Virus record (IMG/VR): IMGVR_UViG_3300035670_009638
Location: 1 to 64,000 of that record
Source of the DNA: a virus
DNA: 64,000 nt
Strand: one strand, 5' to 3'
The notes below the pieces were generated by a model. It saw nothing but the letters and a program-made list of their open reading frames with translations. It ran no database searches and was not told where the DNA came from. This document shows, piece by piece, positions 1-8,108 of the stretch (positions are counted from its first letter, which is position 1; each line of letters opens with the position of its first letter). The position numbers and the translations under genes were made by a program.

Positions 1-147
1 TTTTTCTTGTTTACTCATTTTTAATTACCTCCAGTAGTTTGAGTTTTATATCTCTCTAATTATTATATTAACATAATTTGGAAATTCCGTACATATATAT
101 TTTCAGAATTTTGTAAAAAAAAAAAAAATGACTGGATTAACTCCAGT

Positions 148-300
148 CTATAAAAGTAAGAATGTTGCAGCCAAAGATAAAATTGATGTGATTAGTACAG
201 CTACATAAGAACCTTGTCTTGGGCGATCTCTTTCTCCAACTGAAGCTATACTAAAAAAGAGAATAACAATCATCATTAGAACTTGGTAAGCTATTAACAT
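148..300 (-). CDS. small membrane protein (50 aa, two hydrophobic helices)
   Basis: Hand-translated MLIAYQVLMMIVILFFSIASVGERDRPRQGSYVAVLITSILSLAATFLLL; AGGAGG RBS; followed by terminator hairpin 130-148. Confidence 0.7.
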   Translation of the reverse strand: MLIAYQVLMMIVILFFSIASVGERDRPRQGSYVAVLITSILSLAATFLLL

Positions 301-312
301 AAGTTTCCTCCT

Positions 313-591
313 TTAAGCTAATGCAGCTCTTTTTTCTATTGCTATTGGATTTCTTTCTCTGTTACGTTTAATAATAGTTTTCAAAATCCATTTTCCATTA
401 TCATTAACAAAGATGAATTCTTTGCTATTAAAAGTAAATACATGACGAGTGTTTCCAACATTTACGATTTGTTTAACCTTAGTAAAGTGTAAATCTTTCT
501 TAATTCGTTTTACAATCTCTTTTTCCGAGGCTCCAATTCTTTGTTTATAGCGTTCTTTGATGTGATTAGTAATAATGAAATCTTCAAACAT
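313..591 (-). CDS. hypothetical protein (92 aa)
   Basis: ORF track 313..645; start moved to ATG 591 behind the CGGAGGGAG RBS and class II promoter 654-682. Confidence 0.75.
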   Translation of the reverse strand: MFEDFIITNHIKERYKQRIGASEKEIVKRIKKDLHFTKVKQIVNVGNTRHVFTFNSKEFIFVNDNGKWILKTIIKRNRERNPIAIEKRAALA

Positions 592-653
592 GTTACTCCC
601 TCCGATTTTAGATTTTTGTAGTTGAGAATGAGTTCTATTACTCATTTGATATA

Positions 654-682
654 TTTATATCTGATAGATTTAAAACGTAAAT
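654..682 (-). promoter_or_regulatory. class II (phage-sigma type) promoter ATTTACRTTT-N9-CAGATATAAA
   Basis: One of 12 fixed-spacing copies, all on the - strand. Confidence 0.75.
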
Positions 683-907
683 CATTTTTTAACAAAATAT
701 TCAGAACTTTTATGATAACGAACAACCTGTCGGTTGATTCGTAGTTCGAATTGCTATCGCAATTCTCACTAACTATTAATTTATCTCTATTAATTATATT
801 ATTTAATTTTTTATTTAATTCCTTATTTAATAATTTATTTAAAACTATAAATACCATTGTACAATTCGTAAGTTTCCAAATGGAGATAAATGATAGTATA
901 CTTACGA

Positions 908-1120
908 CCTCAACTATCAACCTCTGATTCAGTTCTCCCCCAATGTTGATTAAGATGTTAATTCATCAAGGCTCAAACATTAAAAGCCATGACAACGGAT
1001 AACTTATTAATTGATTGCAAGATAATAATAAGGTTGGTTATTATCGATCAATTAATATATCCATCGATTGAGTTTTATAGCATCGGCATCAATTAACCTT
1101 GGAGTTATTTGATAATGGAG
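908..1120. ncRNA. long imperfect inverted repeat, candidate rod-like structured RNA
   Basis: Nested stems: 915-920/1109-1114, 940-959/1085-1102, 968-976/1068-1076, 997-1016/1046-1062, 1021-1029/1037-1045; no credible ORF. Confidence 0.45.
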
Positions 1121-1166
1121 TATAACTCTCAGCTTCTAATATCTCCGATATATTCTCTTTGATATA

Positions 1167-1195
1167 TTTATATCTGTTCGTTTGGAAACGTAAAT
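1167..1195 (-). promoter_or_regulatory. class II promoter (degenerate second copy at 1297-1325)
   Basis: Matches the 29-bp repeated motif. Confidence 0.7.
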
Positions 1196-1854
1196 GAGAT
1201 AAGGTAATACCGCCTATACTATATGGAGCTATGCAGAAAATAAGGAGCAGAAAAAAATTGCGAACAGTTATAACTGTTATGAGGGAATATATAACTGTTA
1301 TATCTGAAGATAACTATATGTAAATAAGAGATAAAAAATAAATAATAGACTGATATTTTTTATCAGATGTTTTAATAGATAGGGCGTATATTTATGGCTG
1401 CTATTATTTATGACTAAACAGATTTTTTATCTGCATTTTTTATTGTGATGATCAGCTTATTTATCATCGAGTTTATCAGAAGTTTATGAGTAGATTTATG
1501 CAATGTTTTAAGGCTGTTATTATTCGAATAGCACAGCAGTTTAATCTGATAGTTGTATCTGCTGTTATAGAAGATGTAATAGAAGTTATAAAGCTTTTAT
1601 AAAATAGTTTATATACAGTGTTATAAGGAAGATTAATATGATGTTATAAGAGATTAATAGAGATGAATTGGGGATGATTAATACACAGTACATACAAGAA
1701 GATAGCATCGATGATGTATGAGAAGATGAATGAAGATGTTTAATTAGTTTAGTGTGGATGAACGAGGTGATGATGAAAGGAGTTTGATATCGAGTTGATA
1801 CGAGATTGTAAGAGATTGTTTAATGTGAGTGGGGTAGAATCTTGGTTTGAGTCC

Positions 1855-1950
1855 AAAGTACCCGCCTACCTTTTAGAACAAAAAGCCTCTCTATACCAAA
1901 ATAACGAGGGGCGGGGCGCTTTTTCTGACGGGACCAAAACTCCAAAACAC
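1855..1950. other. candidate cos / packaging initiation region
   Basis: GC-rich island CCCGCCTACC...CGAGGGGCGGGGCGC in non-coding AT-rich DNA; HNH plus HK97-type terminase implies cohesive ends. Confidence 0.45.
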
Positions 1951-1988
1951 CGTTGAAATACAAAAGGCACATGCTAGACAGCATGCAC

Positions 1989-2324
1989 CTATCTTCTTGA
2001 AAATATTCTTTTAATGAAAGACTTCTTCTCAAACTTTTTGTATTGGTTAACAAAGTCTTCTGATGCAGGTTTTCCTTTGTAAAATAATTGGCCATTCTTA
2101 ATCTCTGCTTTCTCAATTATTTTTTTATGGTTGCTGAACATCAGATCTTCTTTTTCATCTTCATCATCTGAGTAACATATAAACTCAACTAGTTGAACTC
2201 CTCTTGAAGAATTAACATATACCAAATCGCCATAGAGTAAATCTGGAACCGTATTTAAGTAAGTATATGATTTTGTATATTTACCATTCTCTTCTTTAAA
2301 CCTTACATATGCGAATTTTTCCAT
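1989..2324 (-). CDS. hypothetical protein (111 aa)
   Basis: ORF track; start ATG 2324 after GGAGG. Confidence 0.7.
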   Translation of the reverse strand: MEKFAYVRFKEENGKYTKSYTYLNTVPDLLYGDLVYVNSSRGVQLVEFICYSDDEDEKEDLMFSNHKKIIEKAEIKNGQLFYKGKPASEDFVNQYKKFEKKSFIKRIFSRR

Positions 2325-2367
2325 TTCACTACCTCCAAACAAAATCCCAGAGCTTATGCTCCAGGAT

Positions 2368-2583
2368 TTAATAACCAAATTTTTCATTTATCTCTTCAAC
2401 GAAATCCCAATCAATATTTCCTTCGTGATTATATTGAATCAATTCATATCCATGTTCATCTCTGAAAAAGTATATTTCTTTTCCTTTATATTCACTCACT
2501 TTTTTCAAAACCATTTTCTCAGTTTCATATTCTCCGTTGTTTAACTCAGCAAAAATTACATCATATTCATTACTAATTTTCAT
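2368..2583 (-). CDS. hypothetical protein, paralogue of 30182..30424
   Basis: GGAGG RBS, own sigma-A promoter 2641-2669, shared GKEIY..YNHEG..DW.F motif. Confidence 0.8.
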   Translation of the reverse strand: MKISNEYDVIFAELNNGEYETEKMVLKKVSEYKGKEIYFFRDEHGYELIQYNHEGNIDWDFVEEINEKFGY

Positions 2584-2640
2584 TTTAATTCCTCCAGTAG
2601 TTAAGTTTTGAGAGTTCTCTTTATATATCTCTCTATTAAT

Positions 2641-2669
2641 ATAATATCAAATATGGAAGAAAAAGTAAA
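2641..2669 (-). promoter_or_regulatory. sigma-A-type early promoter TTTACT-17-TATTAT
   Basis: Same family as 65-93, 30481-30509, 31193-31221, 34475-34503, 34611-34639, 36790-36818, 39354-39381, 40485-40513, 43261-43289, 44502-44530, 53634-53662. Confidence 0.7.
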
Positions 2670-2696
2670 CAGAAATTGCAAAAATTTGTAACTTTT

Positions 2697-2746
2697 TGTC
2701 GAATTTTGTCTAGTAATTGGAAGATACATATATATTAATTAGAGAG
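2697..2746 (+). promoter_or_regulatory. late promoter with phased TGTC repeats
   Basis: Near-identical to 18129-18178; lies at the head of the morphogenesis operon. Confidence 0.65.
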
Positions 2747-2806
2747 CTGTGAGAGGCAGTAGTTCGAGAGATTGAGCTTTCATTACTTTGAAAGAAGGAG
2801 ATTATA

Positions 2807-2971
2807 ATGAAGGACAATCGAACTGGTCAAATCTGCGAAAATTGTTGCTCTCACATTATCACATACCGAGAAGACAATAAGATTATTGTTGAATGCTCTT
2901 ATTGTGGTTTAGTACCGGAAAACATTAATCCTCGGTTTATTGATTTAGAGGATGATGAATATGAGCAGTAA
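2807..2971 (+). CDS. small zinc-ribbon protein (54 aa)
   Basis: Hand-translated MKDNRTGQICENCCSHIITYREDNKIIVECSYCGLVP...; AAGGAG RBS; two CxxC pairs; below ORF-track cutoff. Confidence 0.75.
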   Translation: MKDNRTGQICENCCSHIITYREDNKIIVECSYCGLVPENINPRFIDLEDDEYEQ

Positions 2972-3371
2972 AAAGAAAATATGTTCTTGTGGAAGAATGA
3001 TTAGTTTTACTGAAACTTGTTCATGCAAGAAAAACCAAAATAGAAATGCATATCAAAAACAATATTATAAAAAGAATAAAGAAATTTTAAAACCATTATC
3101 ATCTACTAGGTGGAGAAAACTTAGATCTTTAATTATTAAAAGAGACAAAGGTTTATGTCAAAGATGTTTAATCAAGTATGGAATTCTTAATGGTGACAAC
3201 CTGCAAGTTCATCATATTAAACCAAGAATTGAATATCCTGAGCTGATGTTTGAAGAAAGCAATCTTATAACTCTTTGTCAGACATGTAACTTACAGCTTG
3301 GAACCAATGAAAAATTAGACTTCAAACCTAACATAGAATTAGATGATTATGATTTTGATTATAAACTCTAG
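2952..3371 (+). CDS. HNH endonuclease (terminase-associated)
   Basis: RDKGLCQRC...VHHIKP...NLITLCQTC motif; directly upstream of terS. Confidence 0.92.
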   Translation: MMNMSSKKKICSCGRMISFTETCSCKKNQNRNAYQKQYYKKNKEILKPLSSTRWRKLRSLIIKRDKGLCQRCLIKYGILNGDNLQVHHIKPRIEYPELMFEESNLITLCQTCNLQLGTNEKLDFKPNIELDDYDFDYKL

Positions 3372-3383
3372 GAGGTTGAAAAA

Positions 3384-3875
3384 ATGGCTAGACCAAGAAA
3401 ACCTGCTAGTTTAAAAAAAGGTAAATCTGAAACAAAAGCTCAATTGGAAATTAGAGCAGAACAAGAAGAAAAGTTGAAAGGTAACACAGATTTGTTTAAA
3501 GATGTTCCTGAACATCTTGATGAACTAGCTCAAGAGTATTACAAGTTCCTTGTTACCGAACTTGAAATTAGTGATATTCTCTCTAATCTCGACATTCCTC
3601 TTCTCGAACAAACTGCTGATTGTTTAAGTAAAATGAGACAAGCTGATGAAATTATTAATGAAGAAGGTATCATAATCAAACAAATTGACCGTTATGGTCA
3701 TGAAATGACTAAAGAGCACCCAGCTGTTGGGACTAAACAAAAGTATCTTAATCAATTTAGAGCTTTATCAACTCAGCTTGGATTAAGTCCAGCATCTCGT
3801 GCTCAATTGGCTGGTATGCAAATTGAGAAGAAAGAGGAAGAAGAAGATCCATTACTAAAAATTCTTAAAGGATAA
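3384..3875 (+). CDS. terS: terminase small subunit (P27 family)
   Basis: MARPRKP start, EHPAV and LGLSPASRAQL motifs. Confidence 0.92.
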   Translation: MARPRKPASLKKGKSETKAQLEIRAEQEEKLKGNTDLFKDVPEHLDELAQEYYKFLVTELEISDILSNLDIPLLEQTADCLSKMRQADEIINEEGIIIKQIDRYGHEMTKEHPAVGTKQKYLNQFRALSTQLGLSPASRAQLAGMQIEKKEEEEDPLLKILKG

Positions 3876-3924
3876 TTTGGCTCCTGTCGTTTTCTCCGAT
3901 TGGCGACTTGAGCCTTTTTAATTT

Positions 3925-4002
3925 ATCAGAGTAAAGATAATTGGATAATCGCCTGGTCTCCAAAACCATGGTACGTTGGTTCGATTCCAACCTCTGGTGC
4001 CA
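3925..4002 (+). tRNA. tRNA-Trp (CCA), somewhat degenerate
   Basis: Acceptor ATCAGAG/CTCTGGT, anticodon loop CTCCAAA, T arm GTTGG-TTCGATT-CCAAC, encoded 3' CCA. Confidence 0.85.
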
Positions 4003-4027
4003 AATATAAAGTACTGAAGGTGATGAT

Positions 4028-5725
4028 ATGGTTTCTTCTTATGTACAGGAACATGCTGCTTACCAGTATGCTGTGCAGGTAACAGAGAAGCAAATCATCG
4101 CTGGTAAGTATGTTATAAAAGCATGTCAACAATTTTTAGATGAACTTAATAATCCTGATTCTAAATATTTCATCGATGAAGATGAAATGAAAAAAATTAC
4201 TAACCTAACAAAGTTGATTAACATGGCTACTGGTCTTAAAGCTGGTACTCCAACTCATGATGCTTTAGCTCCTTTCCAGTGGTTCTTCTTGGTTAATGCG
4301 CTTTGTTGGAAACATAAAGACATACCTGAAAAGAGACGATTTGAAAAATCAGTCCTTCTAATTGCTCGTAAATCAGGTAAATCATTCTTAGTTGCATTAA
4401 TTTTCATTATTCTACTTTTAATTGAACCTGAATTCTCAGAGTTCTATTCTGTTGCTCCAGACCGTGAGTTATCTTCTATTGTTAAGAAAGAAGTTGAACA
4501 AGCTATTTCAGCATCCCCTCTTATTCAAAAATATTTCCAAGTTACAAGAGGAGAAATTAGATGCTTGCTAACTAAATCCAAGTTTGTACCATTAGCAAAC
4601 TCTGATAACCGTATGGATGGTCGTAAAGCAAACGTGTTTGTTGCCGATGAAGTTGGTGCATTGAGAAACCGTTATCCAATTGACTCGATGCAATCATCTC
4701 AAATGAACATGGTTAACCGTACTGGTATTTTGATTAGTACTGCTTATGAATCTCTTAATAACCCAATGACCGAAGAAGTTGAATATGCTCAGAAAGTTTT
4801 AGATGGAGTTATTGGAGATGATGCTCTATTTGCTTTGCTTTATAAACCAGACGATCCTAAAGATTGGTTATCTGATAGATCTCTATTAGAAGCCAATCCA
4901 TTAGCAATAGATATACCTGATAACCTTGAATATTTAAAGAAACAAAGAGCAACAGCTTTAGAGTTATCTAGTGCTAAAAAGAACTTCTTGACTAAACATA
5001 TGAACATCTTCGTTGATGGAGATGAAGCTGAAGTTTATATTCCAACTGATGAACTTAAAAAATGTATGATTGAAGATTATGATTGGACAGGTCGAGAAGT
5101 TTATGTTGGTGTCGACTTATCTCAAACTACCGACAATACAGCAATTTCAATGGTAACTTATGATATTGAAAAAGATGAATATGTTGCTCAATCATGGGCT
5201 TTTATCCCAGAAGATAATGCAGCTAATAAAAGTAAAATTGAACGTGTTGATTACTTCACTATGAGAGACAATGGTTATTGTTTCTTCTGTGGAGATAAAG
5301 TTATTAGTTATAGTTTCGTTGAAAATTTTGTTTTAAGTCTTGAAGAAAAGTTCGGTGTGAAAATTAAAGGAATTGGTTATGACCGTTATAACGCTATCTC
5401 TTCTGCCAACAGATGGTATGAAGCTGGTTATGACACAATTGAAATTAGACAGCATTCCTCAGTTCTCCACCCTGCTACAAAGCTTGTAAAAGAGAGAGTC
5501 TTAAAACAAAGCTTCAAATATATTAAAAACCAACTATTAGAAATCAACTTTTCCAATGCTAGAGAAGTTAAAGATACAAATCTCAATACCTATGTAAATA
5601 AGAAAAAATCCATAGGGAAAATAGATATGGTCGTTTCTATCCTAAATGCTATGGTCTTATGGAATAAAGATGTTGAAGAAGGTTTAGTTAGTGTTTATGA
5701 AGAACGAGATATCATCATTATTTAA
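4028..5725 (+). CDS. terL: terminase large subunit
   Basis: Walker A IARKSGKS, Walker B FVADE, nuclease motifs VGVDLS and KIDMVV. Confidence 0.96.
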   Translation: MVSSYVQEHAAYQYAVQVTEKQIIAGKYVIKACQQFLDELNNPDSKYFIDEDEMKKITNLTKLINMATGLKAGTPTHDALAPFQWFFLVNALCWKHKDIPEKRRFEKSVLLIARKSGKSFLVALIFIILLLIEPEFSEFYSVAPDRELSSIVKKEVEQAISASPLIQKYFQVTRGEIRCLLTKSKFVPLANSDNRMDGRKANVFVADEVGALRNRYPIDSMQSSQMNMVNRTGILISTAYESLNNPMTEEVEYAQKVLDGVIGDDALFALLYKPDDPKDWLSDRSLLEANPLAIDIPDNLEYLKKQRATALELSSAKKNFLTKHMNIFVDGDEAEVYIPTDELKKCMIEDYDWTGREVYVGVDLSQTTDNTAISMVTYDIEKDEYVAQSWAFIPEDNAANKSKIERVDYFTMRDNGYCFFCGDKVISYSFVENFVLSLEEKFGVKIKGIGYDRYNAISSANRWYEAGYDTIEIRQHSSVLHPATKLVKERVLKQSFKYIKNQLLEINFSNAREVKDTNLNTYVNKKKSIGKIDMVVSILNAMVLWNKDVEEGLVSVYEERDIIII

Positions 5726-5777
5726 TCAAGTCTGTCATCCATTGGCGGATTTTTATTTTGCTTAAGAAGGAGGATGA

Positions 5778-7139
5778 ATGAACAAAATGGCATTTTTAGA
5801 TCGATTTAAAAAATCATCATCTGAACAACGATCTCAAGAAGACTTTCGATATGGAAGTTTTTCAATCACCTCTTTCTTCGGAGATGGAAGTCAAGTAACT
5901 GAGGAACAAGCAATGAAAATTCCAGCGGTTGTAACTTCAATTGAATTGATTACATCTTCAATTGCTCAATTACCCGTTTATCTTTATAAGGAAAATGAAA
6001 AAGGTGAAGTAACAAAGGTTGATGATCGAAGAGTATTCCTTCTGAATCACGAACCAAATGAATTAGTAAATGGCCATAACTTCAAAAAACAATTAGTAAA
6101 AGACTATTTGTTTTACGGAGCTTCTTATACAAAGATTGAAAGAGTTCGTAATGATGTAATTGCTTTATATCAACTTCCTATCCAAGAAGTTTCAGTTACT
6201 AAATATAAAAAAGATGGATATAAATACGCAGCAAAAATTAATCTTATAAACCAGCAAGGAAATAAAGAGGTTGAGTTTTCACCAGATGAATTGATTATCG
6301 TTCTAAAAGATAGTGAAGATGGAATTACTTCTTCTGGAGTTCTGAAGAACAACAGCGATACATTCATTCTTGCTCTAGACGAACAAAATTACTCTCAGGG
6401 CATTTTGAAAAATGGTGCTTTGCCAATTGGAGTTTTAAAAGCTACTTCTCGATTGACTCAAAATGCAATTGATAGATTAAGAGCAAGCTTTGAAAACTTA
6501 TATGCTGGTTCTAAAAAAGCTGGTAAAACTCTTATTCTCGAAGAAGGCTTAGATTATAAACCTATTTCAATGAAGCCAAATGAAATGGATTTAACGAACT
6601 CTAGAAAACATACTCTTTCAGATATTGCTAGAGTATTCAATATTCCAGAATCAATGATTAATTCTGATGCTAATAAGTATGCATCAAACGAGCAAAATAA
6701 CATTTACTTCCTTCAGTATTGCATCTCCCCTATTGTAACTGCAATTGAAGGAGCTTTAGATAAAACCCTCTTGTTGGAATCAGAAAAAGAGCAAGGATAT
6801 TATTTCCGTTTCGATACTTCTGAAATTCTAAGAACAACTGAAAAAGAGAAGATCGAGACTATTACTAAAGCTATGAAAGAAGGCCTTTTATCTATTAGTG
6901 AGGCCAGATCAAAAATAGATATGCCTGCTCTTGATGTAGATTACTTCACTTGGAGTTTAGGAAGTATTTTCTATAATCCTAAGACTAATGAAATGACTAT
7001 TCCAAATATGGGTATGACTATCGATCCCGACAATCCTATACCTCAAACTAATCAACAACAATCTGTTGATCAGAATGCTCAAAAAGAAACTGAGCAAGAC
7101 GATCAACTTGAAAATAAAGATGATTCTAAGGAGGTGTAG
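5778..7139 (+). CDS. HK97-family portal protein
   Basis: LLNHEPN, ILEEGLDYKPIS, DIARVFNIP motifs. Confidence 0.95.
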   Translation: MNKMAFLDRFKKSSSEQRSQEDFRYGSFSITSFFGDGSQVTEEQAMKIPAVVTSIELITSSIAQLPVYLYKENEKGEVTKVDDRRVFLLNHEPNELVNGHNFKKQLVKDYLFYGASYTKIERVRNDVIALYQLPIQEVSVTKYKKDGYKYAAKINLINQQGNKEVEFSPDELIIVLKDSEDGITSSGVLKNNSDTFILALDEQNYSQGILKNGALPIGVLKATSRLTQNAIDRLRASFENLYAGSKKAGKTLILEEGLDYKPISMKPNEMDLTNSRKHTLSDIARVFNIPESMINSDANKYASNEQNNIYFLQYCISPIVTAIEGALDKTLLLESEKEQGYYFRFDTSEILRTTEKEKIETITKAMKEGLLSISEARSKIDMPALDVDYFTWSLGSIFYNPKTNEMTIPNMGMTIDPDNPIPQTNQQQSVDQNAQKETEQDDQLENKDDSKEV

Positions 7140-7145
7140 TAATCA

Positions 7146-8096
7146 ATGAATATGGAAGTGAGAATGCAAGATACCGAGATTAGAGCTAGTGAAGATGGTT
7201 CATTAACAGTCTCTGGTTATGTAAATAAAACCGAGCAGCTAAGCAATGTCTTAGGTATCACAAAACGATTTGTCGAAAAGATTGCCAAAGGTGCATTCCA
7301 ACGTGCAATTCAAAATGCAAAACAAGACATTGATTTCCTAGTTGAACATAATAACAAACTTATCCTTGCTTCAACTCGAAATGGCTCTTTAGAACTTCGA
7401 GAAGATGAGCAAGGTTTATTTATGTCTGCAACCATTGCTCCAACTTCATGGGGTAAAGACACTTACACATTGATTAAATCTGGTATCTATCAAAATATGT
7501 CTTTTGGTTTCCGTTCAATTAAAGACAGCTGGAAATCTTTAGAAAATGGATTGTATGAAAGAACCATCGAAGAACTTGAGCTATTCGAAGTATCTGTTAT
7601 TAAAGATCCAGCTTATTCTCAATCAACAATTTCAGCTCGTGGAATTGAACTAATTGAAGATATTGAAATTCCAGCTGAATTAGAAAAGGAGAAAAGAGAT
7701 ATGGAAAAAGTTCTTGAAGTCCTCTCTTCTCTTGAAGAACGATTAAATACTTTGACTGAAGAAATCAAAGAGCTTCGTTCAGCTCAAGAGAAAGCACTAG
7801 AAGTTCGAGAAGAACAAAATCCTGAACCTCAAGATGATGAAAAACCTGAGGATAAGTCTGATGAAAAACCAGACGAAAAGGATGAAGAAAAAGAGGAGAA
7901 AGAAGAAAAACCTTCTGATGAACCTCAAGACAAAGAGGAATCTGATGAAAAATCTGAAGATTCTGATGATAAAAAAGAAGATAAAGCAGACGAGGACAAG
8001 GAAGAAGATGAGGAACTTGATGAAGAACAAGAACGTTCTGATAAGTCTACTCCAAACTTCTCTGAATTCCGTAATCGTCTAGCTTCATTAAAATAG
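7146..8096 (+). CDS. HK97-family prohead protease with acidic C-terminal scaffold-like tail
   Basis: FLVEHN, MSFGF, ELFEVSVIKDPAY motifs. Confidence 0.93.
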   Translation: MNMEVRMQDTEIRASEDGSLTVSGYVNKTEQLSNVLGITKRFVEKIAKGAFQRAIQNAKQDIDFLVEHNNKLILASTRNGSLELREDEQGLFMSATIAPTSWGKDTYTLIKSGIYQNMSFGFRSIKDSWKSLENGLYERTIEELELFEVSVIKDPAYSQSTISARGIELIEDIEIPAELEKEKRDMEKVLEVLSSLEERLNTLTEEIKELRSAQEKALEVREEQNPEPQDDEKPEDKSDEKPDEKDEEKEEKEEKPSDEPQDKEESDEKSEDSDDKKEDKADEDKEEDEELDEEQERSDKSTPNFSEFRNRLASLK

Positions 8097-8108
8097 GAGG
8101 TTTCAAAA

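Noticed and set aside
642-920. 92-aa ORF on the - strand
   Set aside because: No RBS, low-complexity AT-rich sequence, and it runs across a class II promoter.
1820-2116. 98-aa ORF on the - strand
   Set aside because: Overlaps the better ORF 1989..2324 and the cos-like region; no RBS.
3926-4132. 68-aa ORF on the - strand
   Set aside because: Antisense shadow of the tRNA and the terL start.
7797-8082. Phe-rich and Lys/Met-rich alternative-frame ORFs
   Set aside because: Artefacts of the acidic low-complexity protease tail.
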